From contig JADIIX010000107.1 in the NCBI GenBank assembly GCA_027604505.1, forward strand, positions 1-64,000: a stretch of 64,000 nucleotides of DNA, read 5' to 3'. A program made the translations under genes and the position numbers. Positions 13,302-23,800 of this stretch are shown one piece after another. The notes below the pieces were generated by a model. It saw only the letters and a program-made list of their open reading frames with translations. It was not told where the DNA came from and did no database searches. The stretch comes from Gonapodya sp. JEL0774 (lineage: Eukaryota). How positions within the stretch are numbered: position 1 is the stretch's first letter; every line of letters starts with the position of its first letter.

Positions 13302-15782
13302 ATGGAAGGCGGGCGGCCACCCCCATGGGGAGCCAACAATGCTTTTGCAGGCGATGCCGTCAAGTCGAAATACGGGCCAGCCGATGGGGGTGGACGGCAA
13401 ACTGGAGAGGGTGTGGATCGGAGCAGCGACAGCAGAGGTGGCCGAGGTCCAGGACTAATGGCGCAAATGGACAGAGGCGGGCAGAGACCGCCACCAGCGC
13501 AAAAGAATCCCTCAGTTAGGCCTTCGTTCGGATCCAATCCTGACCCTCGCAGGAGTCGAAGCCAGCCACCACGGGGACCTCCACCCCAGTTTCCCCCTCC
13601 ACCGACACCACCAAAAGGCGAGATGCCGATGGCTAGCGTTATAGCACCTCCTGAAGTCGCGATGGATAGGCGGAATTCCAGGCCTCCGCGCAGGGGTGGT
13701 GTGGACGAGAGGGGAAGCAGAAGACCTGATGCCCCACGCAACGACCGTGACCCCCGTCGTTCGCCGCCCGATATGTTAAGTCAGCCTGCAAGGGATGCGC
13801 AGAGACCAAGGGAGCGAGAGCGAGAGCGAGACCTTCCGGAGGACCCAAAGGAAGCGGGTCGTCGACGGACTTCTGAGCGGGAGCGACGGATGAAGGAGAG
13901 GTCAGAATCAAGGAAGAGGCCCCTACCACCGATGCCAAAGAGACCAAAGTCTAGAAGTAAGTGTTATCGGCCAAAGAATCGTATCAATTCAAGAATCGAG
14001 GTTTAAAACCAATCTCTCATCTACACAAAATGTGTGAACGACTGAACTTTGTCAAGACGTCTGCATTGGCATCATTTTCATCACGCTCGGTATGGGCATA
14101 GCTGCACTCATCCTTATCCTCACTAAAGTGGTCAAACAACCTTCTACCGCTTCTGGGACTGGAGTCAACGATGCCGCTGTGGCCGCTGTACCAGCACCTA
14201 CTTCTACCAGTCGCTCAGCTACCACCACAACTGGGAGATCCACTACTGCACTTGTGGTCAGAAACGCAGTGCGAAGGTTTCCTCAGAGTTTTGTGAGAGA
14301 ACCAACCGTTGTACCCGTGAGTGAGGTGGATTCTCGCATAATTGATGCCTCGGGAATGACCTTAACGTGTGACCGTTCGAATGTTCGCTCGTGGCCCCTT
14401 GTCCGACTTTCCTAATATCAACATTCTTGTTTCCGTTTGGGTCCAATAATCCAGTGCATCGTCTCCCATCCCAGCCATCTTCTTGCTTGCGTTCAAAGAA
14501 CTCGCATTCTCATCCAAGGTCCCTTCACCGTCCCGGAGAATACGACTTTGGACCTTTCCTCTGTAACAGCTGGAACTGTCGTCTCTATTCGTGGGACAGT
14601 GACATGGTTGGAAGCTCCCTCTTGGCTATCAGATACGAGTGATGTGAAACGCTTCGATCCGAACGAAGAGAAGCCACGACATTCGTTGTTTGTCTTGGGT
14701 GGCGAGGGTGTCTGGTTGGATGGGATGGGTGGAACATTCGAGTACTACCCGCGAAGCAAATCTGGTTCGTTGGAACATCCCTGCCCCCTTTGAGGTTTGA
14801 AGTCACTCAGAGCCACACATCCACTTACTTATCTTTGTCGACGCCTGCCTCGTCAGATGCAATTACACCCCGGGCGGTGGCTCCGGACTTCCTTCGAATT
14901 CTGGCTAGCAATTCACGTGTTTCCAATCTTGTAGTTAAAAATGCCCCAGGAAGAGCTGTTGTGGTGCACGGTTCCAGCTTGCGGATTGAGGATGTCCACA
15001 TTGACGATGGGGTTTCCCCAGGTGTTGTTGATCTCCGAGCTATCCTTGAAGATGCAAATGATGCCGAAACTCGAGCTGCAGTCGGTGAGTTGGTATTTGC
15101 GCGAAGCTTCGAGCACGATTTTCATCTCATTCGGTCCTTGTCAGCCATTTTGCCCTCTGCTTCATCCGTTTCCTTCCACTCCCTCGTCATTAGCACGCGT
15201 CATACGTGTTTTCATCTTTCTTCATCTCCTTCTGTCAGGATATCATCCACATATTGTACCTCCCATATCTTCGGGATCGCCGTCACACCATCCGTTCCTG
15301 GCTCCCTTGTTCAGGATCTCGTCGTTGAAGATGTAGTCATTCAACAGGCGAGAATTGGTGTGCACCTGTGCGCACGTGGATCGGGAAAAATTGTCGGAGG
15401 GAGGCTTGAAAATGTTACTGTTTTGCACTCGGATCAGCTTGGTGTACTTGTCAGCGCATCCAGGCGCCGGGAGGCAGCCGGCGACTGTCTCGAATCATTT
15501 TCAAACACCCGACATTCCTCAGTTGAATCCCACCTATTTCATTCTTGTCCCCATAACTCCCCCGTCATCTCCGACCTTTCCTTTTCTCTCATTTCGGGCA
15601 CAGTCCACCCAACTGTGCTCACTCCTTTCTTAATCGACTGCCGCTCCTCCTCCCCGGTGCTCGAGGTTCAGAGGGTTCTTGCACCACTGTGTTCCAACAT
15701 TACTCTCCATCGTATGCGGATATCTGGCCGGCCAGGAGCCTGCATTGGCGAGGGTATCACAGGATGCTCGGAGGAAAGCTGA
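13302..15782 (+). CDS. Type II membrane protein with a Pro/Arg-rich N-terminus and a C-terminal GH28 (polygalacturonase)-like beta-helix lacking catalytic residues
   Basis: About 220 aa of low-complexity N-terminus, then TM helix VCIGIIFITLGMGIAALILIL and an S/T/A-rich stalk. GH28-like segments follow: FTVPENTTLDLSSVTAGTVVSIRGTVTW, APDFLRILASNSRVSNLVVKNAP, ISDLSFSLISGTV, LCSNITLHRMRISG. Confidence 0.7.
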
Positions 15783-16219
15783 CGAAGTTTATCAGCACTT
15801 TTGTTTTGGAGTTGAAATTGGGGCGTGCAGGATCATGCCGACTTAATCACTAACTATGGACTCCGAGGACTTCGTTGAACCGTACTAAAATCACGCAGGG
15901 ACTTGTGAATATCCAGATTGCATCATGTGGCAGGCTCAATGAGCAAGTGTAACCGGACATGGCGCTGGTCAGCCTGAAGATCCGACGATGGTCGTTTAGA
16001 CCGATATGAGTTCAATGGTGGTATTAGAGCATCTTTTTATTGAACATTTGGTTGTTTATATCGTAGAGTAATTGTAAGAAAAAGCTGGACTGTGGACTCA
16101 TATTGAATATTTCATTAATAACCAGCAGCCATACGAATGCTGATGGAGAGACATGATTGTGTTGACTGTATGTTCACCGGTGTACCGGGTGCTGTTATGG
16201 TGTCATTGGACAGACATTG

Positions 16220-17608
16220 TCAGAGTATTCTCCCGGGAAGCCTTGTGCTCAACCATTCCTTGCCAATAGCCTTCTCCAGAATTAGGTCCACCTCTTTGCA
16301 CGGGTTCTCAGAAGTCCAATTGGGGTTGCGGGCAAATGATCTATCATCCCGCCAAGGAATACACCCACATGCGGAAGTATCGGCTTCAAATGGCGAAGCT
16401 TCCGCCATCCTTTCAGTGAGAATGGTGGTGGTGGTGCTATCCACCGCATGCTGTTCCAAGAATATCTCCTCAGTAGGAACGAGACAGAGGATACTGCATC
16501 GGGACGGGAGCCCTGCTTGGTGGCGGACGCATCGAAGGCGGTCAAACGTGTGACGGAAGGTGGTGACTGTAGACACATTGAACAAATAAGTCGGCGGAGA
16601 TGGCAAAAAGAGCCGAAAGGAACCCGTGGATATGGGTCTGAGCCAGGAGAGCGCATTTTCTTCTCGAGTTGAATTTTGTGATAAAAGGGCCATGCAAACC
16701 ATAATTCTCCATGAAAAACATCCAAGCGCCTTGCAGCTTTCCGTTCCTGTAGTGAGTTCAGACTTCACCACCCACCTACAAACTCTCTCGCGAAATCGAT
16801 CCCGCCTTCCTCGATACAACCAGCTATGCAAGTATCCAGGTACGTTTGGGCGATTGGATGGTCTCGGTCGGGCAAGACAAAGAGTGGCGATGATGGAGAG
16901 AGGACATACATCCAGATGTTGGCATTAGACGGTAAACCGTTTGGAAGGGTGTTAGATTTGGGTGAGGTGGCAGAAGCAATAAATTCGGAGAATAAGATAG
17001 AGGAAGGGCTGAGGAGAATGCGGCAATACTGCTCGAGGCATGACGAGAGACGTTCCATGGTGGCACTCAGCAAACTCTTGGTGGCAGTGACTACTGTCCA
17101 ATCGGCACCCATAACTCACGCCTTGCTCCCGTTTGTCTAGAAAACGGCATTCATCAAGATGAGATCTACTTCGGTGCGAGGCATCACAGCAGTGCTAATG
17201 ATCGCACCCTTCACAGCAGAGCTGACACCCACCAAACATCTCCAGCTCATCGTTCCCCCCGACGCTGAAAACAACACCTCCTACGACGGCTTTGCACTGC
17301 GGGTTCCATCCCTTTTCACTGGAGCAAGAGCAACAACTCTCAATGCAAGCAAGTGCTGTGTATTTGCGAGCTTCACCCCGAAGAGCCCAGAGCCGTTGAA
17401 ATCCGTGAACATAAGCAGCACGAGGAATATGCATGGAAGTGGTCTGGGTAATAGGAACCGTCCGGGCGCGAGAGCTCTATCCATTGGAGTTTGGGTGAGT
17501 ATAAGACACAGATAGCAGTGAAGCATCAGTACGCACCGCACGAATCAGTGATCCGTAGCCAAAAACGAAGTGTTGTACTTCCGCTGGGGTATCCAGTGGT
17601 AATCTCAT
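16220..17608 (-). CDS. Gamma-glutamylcyclotransferase-like protein, multi-exon
   Basis: N-terminal HFVFGYGSLI motif, then YVHGFQRLW, GGVVFSV, FLDKREQG/Y (candidate catalytic Glu), HPIAQTYLDTCIAGC...FAREF and WRDDR. Confidence 0.7.
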
Positions 17609-17684
17609 CTTATGTAAACTGAACAAAGTGTTAACAACTAAACGAAGTGCTGTGGCGGCGGATGCACACCCAAGCAACGTATCC

Positions 17685-19322
17685 ATGGAGAACCAGTTGG
17701 AGCGACAGAACAGTCGGCGCGATGCCACAGAAGTCAGCTGCGCCGATATTTTTGACTCGCATCGTCTGCCACGTCGAACCGTTTGTCTACTTCTTGCACT
17801 CCTCGCGATTCCTGTCCTGGCATTTCTGCTCCTCGGAAATTTATTTCTCAGCAATGTTCGATACTCGCGGTTCTATGATTGGAATGTCACCCGCCTCGAG
17901 GAAGCGGAACGCACGAGACTCGCGGACTCAAGGAGATATTTGTCGTTGCTGACTTCCACAGTTGCCGAATTAGACCCACCAGAGACAGACAACGAGTCAG
18001 ATCTCAATCTCAGATTACATGACAGTGAAAATAGGGTCAGTGGATTCTCAGTGACATCTTGGTATTGTATTCGAACTCAACGAGTCAACCAGAACAGCCA
18101 GGACCTGAATTTTGCTTCATAATTGTGACGGGGAAGCCAAGGAAGCAGTTATACTTGACTCAAGTGAGAACAAATGAACTCTCTCTTCAGAGGATCCTTT
18201 ACACCAGAATGACACCACCCCGGCCCGTCCAAGACGATTGCTTTTCTCCTCGCTCGACTTGACGGTGGGGCACTTAGATCGTGGAAAACATCTAATCCCG
18301 TGAAAGTCGTCATATTCAACACCCATCGTCCTCCGGAGGAGCATGTCGAGACTCTAAGCTTGGCAAATGTGGTGACCGTGGTCACACCGAACGCGACCAA
18401 TGCGAAGAGAGGGGTAACAACATGGTTGGTGACATCCCTCGATATTGCCTAAGGAACAGACTCGAATATTTTCTTGGCGCTGGCTTTAGGGGAGCCAACC
18501 TGACGTTGGACCGGGCCCTCGCGTTCCGACACGCCGACAGGGAGGGATGCAAATATGGTATTTTCCTCGAAGACGATGCAATTGCAGGGAAGAACATTCT
18601 CACGAAATTGAGATCAGTGGTAGAAGATCTCGAACGACGGGGTGTGAACTGGGGATTCGTCAAGCTGTTCTACACAGGTGTGTTGCACGGAAATCAGTCA
18701 AACGAATGAATTTGAATGGTCTCTGCTATACGCCATACCAATCTGACTTAACTTGCAACATTGTTAAGAGTTTTGGGCAGGCTGGTCGTTGGAGGTTTCG
18801 GATTTTCTCCTTCTCCTTGCCTCGGGCTTCACTTTAGGCGTCATTATCACATCGGTCATAAATCGCACTCTGTTCCGTTCCTTCCGCATCCCCCGCCTCT
18901 TCCGAATCTTCACTCTTGCATACTTCACTGCCCTTGCCTGTTTGATACTCTGGGCTCTTGGTAAACAGAACGTCCTCGCCCCCTTGAATCGTCAACCAGG
19001 TTTGTATGAGCGCGGTCCAAACGCCATACGCGCTGTCGGGGTCGCCAACATGCACCCAAGGAGGCATTTTTTGGGTTTGGCAGATTACTTGGAGAAGAGA
19101 GCGTGCGACAACTGTATGGAGATGGACGACCTGGTTGATGAGTGGGCGTTTTCTGTCGGCGCAGGACGGTGGGAGCTCGTACCACATCTATTCCAACACT
19201 TGGGCGTGTTCAGTTCGACCACGAATAAGAATCAGGGTAACTGGAAATACGTGAAAATTAGCACAACGTTCGATGACAGTTCGGGCTCACGATTGTTCGG
19301 GGAGAATGGGGATTTAGTTTAA
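17685..19322 (+). CDS. PGAP4/TMEM246-like GT-A glycosyltransferase with inserted transmembrane hairpin, multi-exon
   Basis: N-terminal TM, FCFIIVTGKPRKQLYLTQ, GIFLEDDA, WGFVKLFYT/EFWAGW, two internal TM helices, then LVPHLFQHLGVFSS. Confidence 0.65.
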
Positions 19323-19495
19323 TGTACTTAGCACAATGTAAATAGAACGTCAAGCCTATCATATGAGATTTTGATAAAGGACAGGTTACGATCAGGATTT
19401 GATTTACTCATTGTGGCCTCTGTGAATTCTGGAGATGAAAATTTTCGGGGAGGAGAGCAAGGAGAAGATTGAAAACTCCCCTAGATATACTCTGC

Positions 19496-20788
19496 TCAAT
19501 CAAAAAGGCTCCACGGATCCTCGCTTTTTATCTGCGAGTGCTCTACTGTCGTCGTCAATCCCGTTGAACGCTCTCCTTCTCTTTCCTGTGCTTTTACGTT
19601 CAAGTCCGCCTCCGTGTATTTAGAGTCCATGATCTCTGTACCTGACATGGGTAGCTTCACTGTTGCGCCAGCTGCGACAGGCAAGGTCTCAGCCAATGCT
19701 CTCTCCCACCCGTCGTTTCCCGTCGCGAATTCTGCACCGCCCACACCGCAGGCGTGACAAAGAGACGCAACAGTAATATAATCGAGGAGCACGGCATCCC
19801 AACGCGAGATGTGACCGTTTGCTAATTCTTGGTCTACCGGTTTTAAGAGGTTTCCCGGTCGACCGGCGAATGCCCACACGAATGGCAGCGCTTCAACGAT
19901 TGGAGCTTCGGGGTTGGGAGGTGGGATCCCCAGTGCTTTAGCGAGGGATAGCAAAAAAGTGCGTGTTGGGCGAATCGAGATACGAAGAGAAAGAGAGGGA
20001 AGAATTGACGGGGCGTAAAGGTTCTCTGCCATGGTGGGAGAGGTGGTGATGGGGGTGAAAATATTGTGGTCACCAGGAGTTTGGTATCCAAGCGCAGCGC
20101 CCAGGTAGACAGGGTGGGCTTCAAGGAAGGATGAGAGCTTATGGGGGTCGATAAGGGGACTTCGAGAGTGGGTAGAGTTGCCGTTTGTTGTTGGAATCGC
20201 CTTCCGATAAACGAGGTTCGCGTTTCCATCCGTGGCAGCTACAGACTCATGGACATCACTATCTTGTGATAACTGCGTTGCAAAGGCCTCGTACTCCGCT
20301 GAATTGATTACAGAAAGTATAACGTGCCCAGTGTCGAGTACACAGAGCTGAGGCAAACCCTTGTCTCTTACAGTGAGGACAATGAACCGGCTTCCATTTC
20401 CTTGCTTCGCACCCAGAGCAGCTGAGCTATGACCTTCAGAAATGCCAGCTCCATCCCATTTTGAATCACCCCACCACTTCAGAACAGCGTCGATGCCTGC
20501 CTGAGCGTGAGAAGTAACCTTCAGTCCCATCCATCCCGCTTTCACACCAGCTAAGCATAGAGCCAATTCAAACGCTTTTCCGACCAGAAACAGCGATTCA
20601 TCGTTGTCCATAGAGAATGTGGCGGGTAAAGCCGCTGTCAGCGATTGCGTCGCTGAAGCAAGTGAGATCTGTGTCGACGACGACTTCGAAAGGGATGAGC
20701 GGGAATTTCTACCATAAGGATCAGCAAAAAGAGGAACAAGCCGTGCCAGAAGTTCTGTGAAGCGCGGATGTGGTGGGAGGTACGGCAT
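19496..20788 (-). CDS. Hypothetical protein, 430 aa, single exon
   Basis: A long uninterrupted ORF with ATG start and protein-like composition fills the gap between two genes. No family was recognised with confidence. Confidence 0.7.
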   Translation of the reverse strand: MPYLPPHPRFTELLARLVPLFADPYGRNSRSSLSKSSSTQISLASATQSLTAALPATFSMDNDESLFLVGKAFELALCLAGVKAGWMGLKVTSHAQAGIDAVLKWWGDSKWDGAGISEGHSSAALGAKQGNGSRFIVLTVRDKGLPQLCVLDTGHVILSVINSAEYEAFATQLSQDSDVHESVAATDGNANLVYRKAIPTTNGNSTHSRSPLIDPHKLSSFLEAHPVYLGAALGYQTPGDHNIFTPITTSPTMAENLYAPSILPSLSLRISIRPTRTFLLSLAKALGIPPPNPEAPIVEALPFVWAFAGRPGNLLKPVDQELANGHISRWDAVLLDYITVASLCHACGVGGAEFATGNDGWERALAETLPVAAGATVKLPMSGTEIMDSKYTEADLNVKAQEREGERSTGLTTTVEHSQIKSEDPWSLFD

Positions 20789-20893
20789 AGAAAAGCACCG
20801 AGTGAGATTTCAGAGAATGCATGAGGTTCCTGCGGTCACTTGATCACAGACACCGTGAGCAAATCGTGCTTCAACTCGAGCGAGATTCGAGAA

Positions 20894-23800
20894 ATGCAGA
20901 AGTACCCAAGAACATTGTCGCGTGAGATATCGCTTCGATTCTGAACGTGAGAATCGCCACCAGCTGCTGACTGTTGTCTTCATCGGCTGCTCGGTGAACC
21001 GTCACCCGACCTCTGGTTCTTACATTTCATCGCCCAACGGCTGGGCTTACGGGCCCATTCCGCAATAATGGCCAAATCTTGTAATTGATTCTCTTGAATG
21101 GCGCCCGCAAGTCGAGCGACTGGAAAAGTATGTGATAACAGTGTGCCGACCAATTTCAAAGAGCTGACATTATCTGCTCACTCGAATGATAACTTTTTGT
21201 TTCTTGCATATTGTGATTGGCAGATTCACTAGTACTGAGTATTTCTCGGACGTTAACCTCCGATCCTCACTATTCATCGTTTCCTGTGGTGACGAGCCAA
21301 ATGTGAAGCTCGAATCGTACCCCGTTCCCGGCTTGGACAGAATGTACGCATTGGTTACATTTGAGAATATCAGGATAGCGGTTTGAAAATTGATGCACTT
21401 TGGAGACCCGCTCAACCACATGTTGGGCCACCCGCGTGTGGAATCACCCGCAGGACCGGATTTTTGCAAGAGTTTCCGAACTTCTACATTGACGGAAGCT
21501 GGAATGAACTGGCCTTCAAGAACGACCGTTCCGTTGAAGTTCTTTCCTTTGTGTATCGCTCCACCTGACGTCACCGTTCACCCCCAGCCCCTTTTCTTCC
21601 GCCATCCTTGGCACATATACCACCATAAAGAAAGGAACGCGTTTCGGTCCTTCCTGGAAGACGTTTTGGATCCGTGTCACAGTGAAGGTTCCCAATGATC
21701 CGAAATGGATAGGACACGAGGTGTGGTTCGTATGGGATGCGGGATGTGAGGGGATGGTGTGGACTGAAGGTGAGTAGCAATGCTTTGTCTCGTGGCGACG
21801 GTTTGCAGTTGGTGCTTTGCGCTGCTGCATTAGAAACCCACAACTGCACAATGTGCATGCACAATCACTGCAACAAGTACAGATCCATTGTTTTTCCGGG
21901 ATAACAGCTCGACGGTCGAGTATGCCCAACATGGACAAACTACTCGCTCATCTTTCGTTATTCTACGGAGTTCAATGAGCCTTCGCTGCATTTCACTCAC
22001 AACTGTCACTGCCACCATCGTGTTTCTCAGATGGAACTCCAATCAAAGGACTCACTGGGGGCACGTGGGTTGACCGGCGGGCTGAGTACGTGATCACCAA
22101 AAACGCGAAGGGCGGTGAGGTGAGTGAGTGAATCGGGGATTTTGAGGGTGTCAACTCGCGCTTACTACTTCACACAAGATAAATACTTTCTACATCGAAC
22201 TCGCTTGTAATGGCATGTTTGGCGTGGGTCGCAACGGCATGATCAATCCAACCGATCCAGACAGGTACTTCGACCTCGCACAAGCAGAGTTGAAGGTGCC
22301 TAACATGGTGTGTGTTCATATTGTGCGAACAAGTAATGGGATTCGGATGTGACAGAAGATATTTCGATGCGAGTAGGAGGCCTGGGCGTTGTTCAGGGAC
22401 TTTGAGATTGTGCTTGGGATGGCAAAGGAATTACCGGCGGATTCTGATCGGGGTTCAAAAGGTGAGTATAGTATGGAAATTTTATCCGACAAGGATGTTT
22501 GCATTCTAAATCTGGATTTACTTACCTGGATGGGATTTGCCGTGTGTCGAACGCAGCGCTCGTGGCCGCCAATGACATTGTCAATGCTTTTCGATACGAC
22601 GATGCGAGGTAGGTACAGTACTTTCTCCTTCTTGACCTCAAATCTTTGTCCGATTATCGCCGTTTTCCGTCCACACTATCTCTCCGGATATATGGCCTTA
22701 AGCACCATACAAACATGCCGGGCCCTTGCCGCCCGTTTCCTTGCGGCAAGGAATGGAGATGCAGTGCACAAGATAACCGCTATCGGCCACTGTCATATTG
22801 ACACTGGTGGGTGTTCAGTTTTGAGTCTGTTGCGGCGTTGCTGTGATGACCGGAAAATTGTGCACAGCGTGGCTCTGGCCTTACGCGGAGACCAAACGTA
22901 AGGTAGCCCGAAGTTGGGCAGCACAAGTTGAGTAAGTATAAGCGGCTCAATAGTATTGATGACCTGGTGTTCCATCGGCCGAATTTTGTTCTCATTGCTT
23001 CAACAATAACTGTTTTGATGTAGGCTTATGGATCGATACCCCGACTACAAGTTCGCGGCGTCGCAAATGCAGCAGGTGTGATTTTCAACGTTGTATAGTT
23101 CTCTACGTTCTGGATGAACCATCTGATACTGCTCCACTTGTGCTTCCTTGCAAAGTGGGAATGGCTCAAAGAACTTTACCCCTCCCTTTGGCCTCGCGTA
23201 ATGAAATATGTTAAGGAGAACAGGTTTATTCCCATTGGCGGGACATGGGTCGAGATGGACTGTAATGGTAACTACACCGGCATGCTCCAGTTGGATTTGC
23301 TTTTTGTATTTTTCAACGAGTTTGGTCTGGTTTGAAACAGTTCCGTCGGGGGAGTCGTTCATACGGCAGTTTCTGTATGGGTACGTGCAACGGACAGAAC
23401 TCCAGTTTTGCTGAGTCCCCTGTAGCTTATCATGCTGTTGTGCGATCTCAGTCAGCGTTTCATGCGAAAGGAGTTTGATGGGATGCGGAGTGAAGTATTC
23501 TGGCTTCCTGACAGTGAGTAGCTTAATTCCGTGTTGGGGGCCACATCATTCCAACCTCAAGTCGGGCAGCTTTTGGCTACTCCGCGCAGTTGCCACAGAT
23601 TGTGAAACACACAGGTGGAGAATACTTTTTCACTCAAAAACTGAGGTAAATACTGTTATGAGGGCATGTATGGCGTACGCGCTGACTTGCATGCTCATGC
23701 GCAGCTGGAACAACATCAACAAATTCCCACATACATCGTTCTGGTGGGCAGCGCTTGACGGAACCAAGGTAGCTTGGTTTCCTCTGTTGGTGTTCGCTTG

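Noticed and set aside
4383..15782. Secondary-metabolite (NRPS-like) gene cluster
   Set aside because: The adenylating enzyme is stand-alone with SKL and has no carrier or condensation domain. No PKS/NRPS, transporter or cluster regulator is nearby.
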